In this document: positions 11,805-21,889 of the stretch, piece by piece | Position numbering within the stretch: position 1 is the stretch's first letter | How the letters are laid out: each line of letters opens with the position of its first letter | Source: Macrostomum lignano | Lineage: Eukaryota | DNA: 41,710 nt | Direction of reading: 5' to 3' | NCBI GenBank assembly: GCA_002269645.1 | Contig: NIVC01002912.1 | Span: 1 to 41,710, forward strand | Position numbers and translations under genes: made by a program | The notes under the pieces: generated by a model | What the model was told of the DNA's origin: nothing | The model's input: only the letters and a program-made list of their open reading frames with translations | Databases searched by the model: none

Positions 11805-14800
11805 ATGGCGACGAGGATGGGATTCCAATACTAACTGCCAATACTAACATTGAGGTCTGGCTGGAACGGCTCGACCATTACTTTACCTGCAAGGAGGTAA
11901 AGGAAGAAGCTAAAGTGGCCACACTCGTCACTGCCATCGGTGAGGAGGCATATACCGTGTTGAGAAACCTGTGTCTACCTGCCAAGGTCTCCGACAAGTC
12001 TCTGGCCCAGTTGACCAAGATTCTGGAGGACCACTACGCTCCAAAGCCGTCCGAGTTGGCAGCCAGATTTCGGTTCCAAAGACGCCTGCAGCAGCCTGGC
12101 GAGAGCCTTGCCGAGTTTGTTGCCAGCCTGAAGGCCTTGTCAAGTCACTGCAATTTCAGTGCTTCCCCGTGTGAGCACTGTCACTTCGGCGGCACTCTAG
12201 ATGAGCGACTGCGAGACCAGCTGGTTTTCGGCCTGCACAGCGATGCCTACCGAGCGAAGCTGCTGGAGGAGAAAAATCCCACCTTCAACTCGCTGCAGGA
12301 GAGAGTTCTATCCCTCGAGGCAGTGGAGCGGTCATCATCGGAGATGGCGCAGAAGTCAGCAGCACAAGTAGCCCAGCTGCACGCTCACCAGCTGAATAAG
12401 CGCCAAGGACCCAAGCCAGCGCTCGAAGGTTCGCAGCAGCGCAAGGGCGGTGGCAACAACAGCAGAAGCGGAGTCGGCAGCAGCGGCAACACCGGCAGTG
12501 GCACCTGTGCAAGCTGCGGCGGTGCTCACAGTCGCCAGCAGTGTAAGCTGCGAGACGCTAAATGCCACGCGTGCGGAAAGACGGGCCATATTCGCAAGGT
12601 CTGTCGCTCAGCCAAGCTGCATTTTCTACAAGAAGTGACACCGACACCACCACCGGAAGCCTCCGCGCAGCTGCCGATTTTTGCCGTGCAGCCGGCTGGT
12701 GGCAACGCGGGTCCGACGGTGCAGCTGCAAGTCAATGGCCAGCCATGCCGGTTCGTCATCGATACGGGCTCCGCCGTCACTCTGATGCCCGAGTTTCTGC
12801 AGCTCATGCTTCTACCGCGGCTCTCCATGTCACCGTCCGTTGCTGTCCTACGCACCTTCACCGACGAGCAGTTCCGCCCTCTCGGCCAAGCGTTGGTCTC
12901 CGTTCAGCAAGATGGTCAGCAGCTGCAGTTGCCCCTGCTGATCGTCAAGCACGGCGACACGGCCCTGCTCGGTCGCGACTGGCTGGCCAAGCTGCGGCTA
13001 GACTGGCCGAGCATCATGGCGCAGGTTCACGCCGTCCACGACTCCGAAGACATCGGCAGCATCGTCAAGGAGTTCGCACCAGTCTTCGAGGACGGCCTAG
13101 GCGAGTTCCGGCACGGCCAGGTGCGGCTTCAAGTCTCCGAGGACGCTCAGCCCAGGTTCTTCAAGGCGCGGCCGGTCCCCTACGCGCTGCGCGAGCGCGT
13201 CGACGCCGAACTGCAGCGCATGGAGTCCAGTGGCATCATAACCGCCGTGAAGCACAGCGACTGGGCTGCGCCGATCGTGCCGGTCGTCAAGAAGGACGGC
13301 AGCGTTCGGATTTGCGGAGACTACAAGCTGACATACAACGCGGCGAGCAAGCCGGAGCACTACCCGCTGCCCCGCATCGAGGACCTCTTCGCCAAGCTCG
13401 GCGGCGGCTGCAAGTGGACCAAGCTCGATCTGTCCAACGCCTTCTTGCAGCTTCCTCTGGCCGACGACAGCAAGGCGTTTCTCACTATCAACACGCCCAG
13501 AGGCCTCTTCCAGGTCAATCGCCTCCCATTCGGCATAACGAGCGCCAGCGCGATCTTTCAACGCACCCTGGACACCCTGCTGGGAGACCTGGATGCCGTC
13601 CAAGTCTTCGTCGACGACATTCTGGTCACCGGCAGCACCCTGCAACAGCACAAGAGGAACCTGGCGCTGGTCCTGCGGCGCTTGAAGGACGCCGGCCTGC
13701 GGCTCAACAAAGAGAAATGCAAATTCTTCGAAGACTCTGTTGAGTACCTCGGCCATCGGATCGACGCCAGCGGACTCAAGCCGCTGCCGGACCGGGTCGC
13801 CGCCGTCCAGGACGCGCCAGCACCCAAGGACGTCAGCCAGCTGCGCTCGTTTCTGGGCATGCTAGCGCAGTACTGCAAGTTCCTGCCCAACTTGTCTACC
13901 GTCCTGGCGCCGCTCCACCAGCTCTTGGCCAAGAACACCCGCTGGTCATGGGGGCCACCGCAGCAACAGGCATTTGCAGAGGCCAAGCGGCTGCTGCTCG
14001 AGTCACCGGTTCTCGTGCACTACAATCCGAATCTGCCGCTGCGATTAGAGTGCGACGCCTCTCCCTACGGCCTGGGGGTCGTCTTGACGCACCGCATCGA
14101 CGACAAGGACTGCGCGGTCGCCTTCGCTAGCCGCAGCCTAACAGCAGCGCAGCGCGGCTACTCCCAGCTGGACAAGGAGGCGCTGGCCATCATGTTTGGT
14201 CTGCACCGGTTTCACCAGTTCCTCTATGGCCGGCGGTTCACCATCGTCACCGACCATCTGCCGCTGCTGGGTCTGCTGGGCGAGCGCAAGGGCATTCCGG
14301 CACACGCGGCCGCCCGGATGCAGCGCTGGGCCATTCGGCTGTCGAGCTACGACTACACGCTGGAGTTCCGGCCGACCGAAAAGCATGCCAACTGCGACTC
14401 GCTCTCGCGGCTGCCGCTGCCGCACCTGTTCGAGGAGGAGCCGGCCGTCAACTCGCTGCTGCTCGACGAGGGCTCCGGATCGGCCATCACGGCGCTGGCG
14501 GTGGCGCGGCACACTAGGACAGACGTCTCACTCGGTCGGGTGCTTCGCTGCTTGCAGACCGGCGCGCCCATCGGCGACGACCTGAGCGACTTCGCCCGGC
14601 GGCAGTCGGAGCTGTCAGTCGACCAAGACTGTGTCCTGTGGGGCGCAAGGGTCGTTGTGCCTACAGCGCTGCGTCGACGCGTGATCCAAGAGCTACATCA
14701 GGCGCATCCCGGCATCAGCAGAATGCGCGCCCTGGCTCGCAGCTACGTGTGGTGGCCCGGCCTCGACGGCGATCTGGAAGCTGCGGCCAAGTCCTGCCGC

Positions 14801-15792
14801 ACCTGTCAGCTCAACCAGCCCGACCCGCCCAAGGCGCCGGTGCAACCGTGGCCTCTGCCATCCGAACCGTGGGAGCGCCTGCACATCGACTTTGCCGGTC
14901 CGGTCGACGGTCATACGTACCTGGTGGTAGTCGATGCTCATAGCAAGTGGCCGGAGGTCCAGCGGATGCGCGGTACAACGTCGGCGGCCACCATCGCGGC
15001 TCTGCGGGAGATGTTCGCGCGCCAAGGCATTCCGCGCACCCTGGTGTCCGACAACGGGCCGCAGTTCGCCTCCGCCGAGTTCGCCGAGTTTACCCGGGCC
15101 AACGGCATTCGTCACGTGTTCTCGGCGCCGTTTCATCCCGCCACCAACGGCCAGGCCGAGAGGTTTGTGCAAGTCCTGAAGCGACATCTGCTCAAGAGCG
15201 GCCACTCTGACGTCGAGCTTCAGCGACTGCTGCTCAGCTACCGCAACACCCCACACAGCATCAGCGGCGCAGCCCGAGTCAGCTGCTCATCGGCCGTCGG
15301 CTTCGCTGCCGTCTGGACCTCCTGGCACCGTCGCTGGCTGACGACGTCCAACGGCGGCAAGAGCGGCAGCTGCAGGGACGCAGACCAGCGCGCGAGTTTC
15401 AGCCGGGTGATCACGTCCTCCTCCGCGACTACAGCGCCGGCGCGAAAGCCGGCGACACGCCACGCTGGGCTGAGGGTGTCGTCACGGGCGCCGGCAGCCG
15501 CAACTACACGGTTGACTCGGAGCGAGGCCAGCACTTCCGGCACGCTGATCAGCTGGTGGCAGCCCGCGCTGACTCCGCCGACACCGTCCATCCGCCGCCT
15601 GCTACGGATGACGGCGCCGCCCCGAGTGACAGCGGCGTGCAAAGCGCTGACGCCGCAGCCGTCGCCGACACGGCCTGTGGGGCGTCATCCGGCACTGACG
15701 ACGAGCATGCGAGCGGCGTGCGACACGAGCCGGGCACTACACGGCGGTACCCACTGAGGGTTCGAGGCCCACCTCAGAGACTTCAGCTGTGA
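11805..15792 (+). CDS. Gag-Pol polyprotein (single ORF); apparent 1 nt deletions near 11825 and 15270
   Basis: Two zinc knuckles (CASCGGAHSRQQC, CHACGKTGHIRKVC). Protease VIDTGS. RT DLSNAF and FVDDIL. RNase H CDASPYG, DKEALAI and TDHLPL. Integrase HHCC, HIDFAG, SDNGPQF and NGQAERFV. After 15270 the shifted frame reads SPSQLLIGRRLRCRLDLL...RRYPLRVRGPPQRLQL*. Confidence 0.95.
11806..11825 (+). promoter_or_regulatory. Primer-binding site complementary to the 3' end of tRNA-Ser(GCU)
   Basis: TGGCGACGAGGATGGGATTC, 1 nt after the LTR, is the reverse complement of GAATCCCATCCTCGTCG-CCA, the 3' end of metazoan tRNA-Ser(GCU) as I recall it. Confidence 0.85.
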
Positions 15793-15808
15793 AGGGGAGA
15801 ACTGACTC

Positions 15809-15818
15809 AGGGGGGAAG
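15809..15818 (+). promoter_or_regulatory. Polypurine tract
   Basis: AGGGGGGAAG immediately before the 3' LTR TG. Confidence 0.9.
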
Positions 15819-16132
15819 TGTGACATTGTGGCGATATGCTAGTGTATTTTTATTATTGCAATATTATGCTTTGTGCATTCTTAGTTAGTTAGTATTTGCG
15901 TGCGCGCTGATTAGCTAGTGTGTTTCAGTGCATGTGCACTGCGTCGGGTTGTTTGCGTTTTACGCGTGGCTAGCATGGTGGGGTCTGAGCAGTCAGGCTA
16001 ACCACCCTCTTTAGTCCTAGGGTTGATGAATAAGAATAAACAAGTCATATAAGAGCCCAGTTGTGTGTACTGGCTCTCCACGTTCAACTTTCCTACGCAT
16101 TCACTACAAGCCTTTAGCTTCAATATATTACA
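15819..16132 (+). repeat. 3' LTR (314 bp)
   Basis: Identical by eye to the 5' LTR; followed by TSD GAAAT. Confidence 0.97.
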
Positions 16133-16284
16133 GAAATTGTCTGCTTCAGAGTCGTCTGCAACGTCCGAGTCGGCGAGGCTGCTGGCGCTCTCGCTGGCGC
16201 AGCTGTGATAGCTGGAGCCTCCGGACTGCGGCTTCGGCTGCGCGCTGTCCGCTGCGGGTGGCGGATTTGGTGTTGCTGCGGTAG
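16133..16284 (-). CDS. LRR protein, exon 2, 5' portion (upstream of LTR insertion)
   Basis: Acceptor CTTCCCCCTTAG|CT, phase 1, matches the exon 1 donor. Reads ATAATPNPPP...DDSEADNF and joins in frame to EDAKDDED at 11485 once the element and one TSD are removed. Alternative acceptors at 16296 and 16308 are possible. Confidence 0.82.
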
Positions 16285-16810
16285 CTAAGGGGGAAGCTAA
16301 TAGGGTAGCTAATAGGGTAGTTAACGGATAGCTAATGGGGTAGCTAATAGGGTAGTTAACGGGTAGCTAATGGGGTAGCTAATAGGGTAGTTAACGGGTA
16401 GCTAATGGGGTAGCTAATAGGGTAGTTAACGGGTAGCTACTGGCAACTAAGGGGCAGCTAATGGCAACTAAGGGGTAGCTAATAGGTAGCTAAGGGGAAA
16501 GCTAATAAGTCTATTATAGGGTAGCTAATGGGTAGCTAATGGTAACTAAGAGGTAGCTAATGGGTAGCTAATGGTAACTAAGAGGTAGCTAATGGGTTAG
16601 CTAATGGTAACTAAGGGGTGGCTAATGGGTAGCTAATGGTAACTAAGAGGTAGCTAATGGGTAGCTAATGGTAACTAAGGGGTAGCTAATGGGTAGCTAA
16701 GGGGGAAGCTAATGGGTAGCTAAGGGGGGAGCTAATAGGTAGCTAATGGGTAGCTATTGGTAACTAAGGGGTAGATAATGGGTAGCTAAGAGATAGCTAA
16801 ATGGTAGCTT
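16285..16810. repeat. Minisatellite of 11-12 bp units (GGGTAGCTAAT[A/G]) with higher-order variants, filling most of LRR intron 1
   Basis: Tandem copies visible up to the splice acceptor. Confidence 0.93.
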
Positions 16811-16870
16811 ATTAGTCTGTGCCACAAGACACTCTGTTGTCCCTCATCAAGCCATCCGGGAGGCACTCAC

Positions 16871-17681
16871 CCTGTCTGTCCATCGCAATCGGCTCAGTCG
16901 CCCGCTCGTCTTCGCCGACAGAAGTCGCCTCGGAAATCTCCGCCAAGCAGTCAAACAGCGGCCGGAGCTCCGCCAGATGCGTGGCCGTCAGCGAGCGCAG
17001 GTGCCGCCCAGCGAAGCGGCACAGATCCCGCAGGCCGGCCGCCGTCACCCGGGTGCCGCTGAGATTCACCCGACGAAGCCGGCCGCCGCCAGCTGGCAGG
17101 CTGGCGAATGCGGAGTCGCAGACCAGCGGACAGGCGGCGGCGGACAGGCGGCGGAGGCGGCGCCGGCCGGACAGCAGCACGCAGCGCAGGGCGGCGCCGG
17201 TAAGGCTGTCGCACTGGTCCAGCTCAAGGCAGCGCAGGCGGGGCGCCAGTCGGGGCAGGTCGGTCAGCAGGCGCTTGTCAAGCACCAGCTGGGAGCACTG
17301 AGCCAGGCGGAGTCGGCGAAGACCCGGACAGGCGGGCAGAGCGGCGCGCAGGTCGGCCGGGGCCAGCAGGCAGCAGGCGGTGAGGTCCAGCTCGGTCAGG
17401 CCGGGCCCGGCCGCCAAGTCGCGCAGGTGTCGGCCGCGCACGGCGCGGGGCTGCGCGGCGCTCAGATGGGCCAGCAGCTGTCCGGCCAGGCGCCAGTCCT
17501 CATTGTGCAGGCCGGGCGCCGAGGCGGCGCCGCGATGATCCCGAGCCTGGTCGGCGAGTTCGGCGAAGCACAGCGAGTACAGGCTGGGCGGCGGGGCTCG
17601 CGCCGTGGCGGCGGCGGCGGCAGCGGCGGCCGCATCAGCGAAGGAGTCGTCGTCTTCGTCTGAGTCACTGATGTCGGCCAT
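16871..17681 (-). CDS. LRR protein (RNI-like, AMN1/FBXL-type repeats), exon 1, with N-terminal BC-box-like motif
   Basis: MADISDSDEDDD...PPSLYSLCFAEL; LRRs LTELDLTACC, LRRLRLAQCSQL, LRCLELDQCDSL, LRRVNLSGTRVT. Donor CAGG|GTGAGT at 16870. No F-box recognised. Confidence 0.85.
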
Positions 17682-17727
17682 GCGCGGCCAGCCGGACGCT
17701 GAAATGCGGGTTGCGATGGCGTGAAGC

Positions 17728-17872
17728 GTCTCCATGGCAACCGGGAAATTCAGCTGGAGACCCCATGGCCATGGCAACCAGGAGATACTCGGGTCGGTAA
17801 TCGGGCACAGCATAACCATGGCAACCAGGAGATACTCGGGTCGGTAATCGGGCACAGCATAACCATGGCAAC
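17728..17872 (-). promoter_or_regulatory. Cluster of four RFX X-box-like motifs 47-190 bp upstream of the LRR start codon
   Basis: Minus-strand GTTGCCATGGAGAC (17728-17741), GTTGCCATGGCCAT (17765-17778) and GTTGCCATGGTTAT (17812-17825, 17859-17872), compared with the consensus GTTGCCATGGCAAC. Confidence 0.65.
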
Positions 17873-17887
17873 CAGGAGATACTCGGG
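17769..17887. repeat. 47 bp tandem repeat, ~2.5 copies, each carrying CCATGGCAAC
   Basis: Unit CATGGCAACCAGGAGATACTCGGGTCGGTAATCGGGCACAGCATAAC. Confidence 0.95.
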
Positions 17888-18821
17888 GCAGTGACTGAGT
17901 GATCATGTGGGTGTTGAAATATCGTTGATTTTCACAAATAAAAAATAACATAACAAAGAAATATGAGATGATAATCAAAATGAATACTTTTATATTTGAA
18001 TCGAAGCCAGATAAACAGAATTTACTCAAGCAATAAAAGAGAAAAATAGGAAAATTTAATGAACTCAAGCAAAATTTATACGCAATATTTAATGAGAGGC
18101 TAATGAGAGGCCTGGGAGGGCGATGCAATTTTCGAAACAAATCAACATCAGACCAGGCAGTCTAAAAACAGGTATCGCAAAATTTGCGGCAATCAATTAT
18201 TAAAATTACATGGAAGAATTAAAACAAAATAAATGTGCGCAATATCCTTAGGAGAGAAAAAAAATTCCCTTACATAAAAAAACAGGTTCGCATTCCTTCA
18301 TTGAGGTAAGATTGAGAAGAAAGTATATATAATATATAAAAGTTCTCAATAAAAACTTTTTCGTTCGATTCGCATGGAGAATCTACAATCGTCATAATTT
18401 TTCTTAAAACACAGAAAAAATTTAAGGTCACGAGAAAATTGAAACAAAAAATACAAATAATTAAAACAAAATACCCGACTTTTTCACGCGCATTTTTAAT
18501 TTTTTTAATCATCAAGCCGGAAGCGCAAATATAAATTAGGAGAAAAATTCGAAAAAAGGTCGATTCATTTTCTCACTCATACCGAATTGTAATACATAAT
18601 TGATAAAATTCTGAGCAATCAACTCGCCTTTGATTTCATCAATAATATCTGATATATTAGCAAAACAAAACAATAGTAACAGAATGCACATATTTACACA
18701 AATTCCAAAAGAACAGATTTTATTAACTTTACAAGATTTCTGTTGCCATTGAACAGTACAAGAATCTCGTTTGTTTTACCTAACACGTGACTGCTACACA
18801 TTTAGCTGACGCTTGCTATGT

Positions 18822-19270
18822 CTGTCGATCTATCTAGACTACAGGTTGCTGTCTATAGATCTGTCTAGAATATTAGCTGCTTTGTCTATAGATCTATCTA
18901 GACAATAGGCTGCTCTGTCTGTAGATCTATCTAGACTATAGGTTGCTCTGTCTATAGATCTATCTAGACAATAGGCTGCTCTGTCTATAGATCTATCTAG
19001 ACAATAGGCTTCTCTGTCTGTAGATCTAGCTAGACAATAGGCTTTTCTGTCTATAGATCTGTCTAGAATATTAGCTGCTCTGTCTGTAGATCTATCTAGA
19101 CAATAGGCTGCTCTGTCTGTAGATCTGTCTAGAATATTAGCTGCTCTGTCTGTAGATCTATCTAGACAATAGGCTGCTCTGCCTATAGATCTATCTAGAC
19201 TATAGGTTGCTCTGTCTGTAGATCTATCTAGACTAAAATTTAATTTATCTATAGATCTATCTATAGTACA
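18822..19270. repeat. 33 bp minisatellite (CTATAGATCTATCTAGACAATAGGCTGCTCTGT)
   Basis: About 13 copies; degenerate relatives at 19440-19570. Confidence 0.93.
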
Positions 19271-21198
19271 GGTTTTATGGATCTGTCTATTTTTAAGGCT
19301 TATGTTCACTTTAATAGAAGCAATTTGGCTGAATAAGGAAAATATTGGGATAGACCATTTGTTAGCTCAATATAAAATTCGCAAGGCTTGATAAACTTTC
19401 ATTTTTTATTTGCGTTTGTTAAGGGGTTGAATTTTCAGTATCTATAGATCGATATTAGAGCACGCACTGTCTATAGATCTATATTAGATTTTCCATGGTC
19501 TATAGATTGAGATTATAGATCGCATTGTCTATAGATCCAAATTCGATTTTCTACTGCCTATAGATAGAGATTGGAGCTTGCTACAATCTACATACCTAAG
19601 CTTCCATCTTCCATCTACCTATGCTAAAAGTTTCGGTTTTCAGCCATCAGAACGGTCAGCATTGAACTCGAATATTTTTTTCTTTTATTTCCTTGTCCCA
19701 GCAAAACAGTAAAGAAGACAACGCGCCTCTTAAAAAAGGAATTTTTCACCCATAATAAGAAAAAGGATATTTTTACAGCCAAAGAGGTAGCAGCTTAACC
19801 GACAGAGATAGCTCAAGAAAAGAATGATGAGTATTAACTAAGCAAGAGCAAATAGTTGAGTGCGGCGAAGAGGTAGGCAATTAAAAAAACAGCGAATTTT
19901 CTTACTTTTTTACTGTAAGTAGTGCGATTCGCAAAACAAATCAAGTTTAATGAATAAAAAACTAGTTGAGTCTGGAGAGCAAGAAAGCGGAGTTTAAGGA
20001 ACTGATTATTACAAAAAATTGTTGTTGCACTGGAAATGAACAAAAACAATACCTCACAACAGAAGACGCTAATAAAGAAATTGAAAACACAAAAGGGGCG
20101 GATTAACTTAAATCCCCCCTAGGGATTATTTAGATCTGCAATAAACACAGACTGACTGCTTAATCCACCTGACGGTTTCTGATTGAAAAAAACTTATTTT
20201 ATTATTCAATTGAAACAAAAACAAAGGTTATAGGAAAAACACTTAAAAAACAGCTCGGATTTCACTGACGGACTTTTTAAACAAACAGACGAAAAAACAA
20301 CACGAGAAAAAAAGAGAAATAATCGACAACATCCCTGAGTCGCGGGCTCAGTCAGATGTATACTTTGTCTAACATTTAAGCTGCTTTAGACTAAAAGACC
20401 AACTATATGTCAATTGGTAACAGAGAGTAGAATTGCCAGACACAATGCAAACAGAAAAGTACATTTTGATCAACAACAGCAAGTATAATAATAATATGCG
20501 AATATATATATATATATAAGTTAAGCTACGTAAAACGCGGGGAAAAAACAAACAAAAAACACAGACAGACTACTGAGAAATTTGCACAAAATATTAATGA
20601 GAAAAAATATATATGCTTAGTGAGTAAAATCAATGAGTATTACAGGCGAAATTAGTAAGCACACTAATAGTATCAAGGTAGGCGGTTATAAAACTTCTGC
20701 ATTAATTAACTACTGCTAAGTAGTCAGTAGGAACTATTTCTCAGAGAAACAAGTGGCACACGTTCAGCTGCTCTACTAAAACCACAATAGCATTAACAAC
20801 ACACAATTCAATCCACAGAGCAATGGCGGTGTGTCAGTCAGTTTAGAGGTTGGCAGTGTTCGGTTTTGATTAAGGACAGGATTAAACTACCGCTTATGAG
20901 CTTCGTTTCTTAGGAAAATGTTTTGAAGGCCGATGACGTAAACCGACAAATACACTATTTTCTATTAAGTCCTGGTCTCCAAAATAAAGTATATACAGAA
21001 CGCGACATTCACGTTTCAAAGTTTTGAAGGCCACTTTTCGCCGAAAAGCACACTACGGAGATAGGAACTTTTCATTTTGTTCATATACTTCATATTTACT
21101 TTCAAAAAAAACAATTCTAAGAAACGAAGCTACCCCCTTCCAATTATCTACACTTTAGTAGTCCTTGGTTGGAGCCTGCTGGCGTAGTGATCCTTGGA

Positions 21199-21575
21199 TC
21201 AGAGGTGGTGATAGCTGGGCTGGGACGCTGCTGGCAGCGGCGGCTGCTGCACCTGCTGCTGGTGGCTCTGCTGGCTAATGGCGCCATTGTTCTTCTGTAT
21301 GTCGAACATCTCCGAGTACAGCGGAGGCAGGTGGCTTCTGTGCCAGTTCTCTCTGTACCAGTGCATGCAGTGGTGCACAGACAGGCTCAGACTGCTGGCC
21401 TGCCGCATGGCGCAGTGCAGCTGGCCGAGTCCCAACGGCTGACGCGACTTCCGTCTGGCCACGTCCGACTCAGTCAGCTGATGATCGCCTGGGGATTCGA
21501 GCTCCTGGCCCAGGCTGCTCAACAGGCGGCCGTGCACCGCTGACACGTCTTCGGCTCCGGCCAGGCCCGGCCGGT
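21199..21575 (-). CDS. E78: E78-type nuclear receptor, terminal exon (end of LBD)
   Basis: Acceptor CCCATCTCCCGCAG|AC completes the P-DRPGL motif. Ends with WYRENWHRSHLPPLYSEMFDI, matching the E78-type C-terminal helix. Confidence 0.85.
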
Positions 21576-21584
21576 CTGCGGGAG

Positions 21585-21765
21585 ATGGGAATGGCTATTG
21601 GGATTAGGAATGGGATGGCGAATGGGATGGCGAATGGGATAGCGAATGGGATGGCGAATGGGGTGGCGAATGGGATTAGGAATGGGATTAGGAATGGGAT
21701 TAGGAATGGGATTAGGAATGGGATTAGGAATGGGATTAGGAATGGGATTAGGAATGGGATGGCGA
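21585..21765. repeat. 12 bp minisatellite (GGGATTAGGAAT / GGGATGGCGAAT)
   Basis: About 15 copies abutting the splice acceptor. Confidence 0.95.
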
Positions 21766-21889
21766 ATAATTATAAGAATATGACGCCTGATCCCATTGCG
21801 TCAGGTCTGGGGATCGTGACCCCAGTGCAAAATCGTATCAGGTGCAGCACAAAGAATCAATCAGATCCTAAATCAAGTTTTTAAATCTC

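Larger units (their letters stand above)
11491..16132 (+). mobile_element. Full-length Ty3/Gypsy LTR retrotransposon (Mag-like), 4642 bp
   Basis: TG...CA LTRs at 11491-11804 and 15819-16132. 5 bp TSD GAAAT at 11486-11490 and 16133-16137. PBS, PPT and gag-pol in PR-RT-RH-IN order. Confidence 0.98.

Noticed and set aside
12562-15256. Alternative-frame and antisense ORFs over gag-pol (e.g. 12562-13743 +, 13097-13756 -)
   Set aside because: Shadow ORFs of GC-rich coding sequence with no recognisable motifs.
15260-15280. Programmed ribosomal frameshift in the integrase C-terminus
   Set aside because: There is no slippery heptamer, and this is not a known recoding position. A 1 nt deletion or sequencing error explains it.
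17682-18140. N-terminal extension of ORF 16812-18140 from the non-ATG start at 18140
   Set aside because: AT-rich, non-coding-like composition that includes the 47 bp promoter repeat. The ATG at 17681 is the more plausible start.
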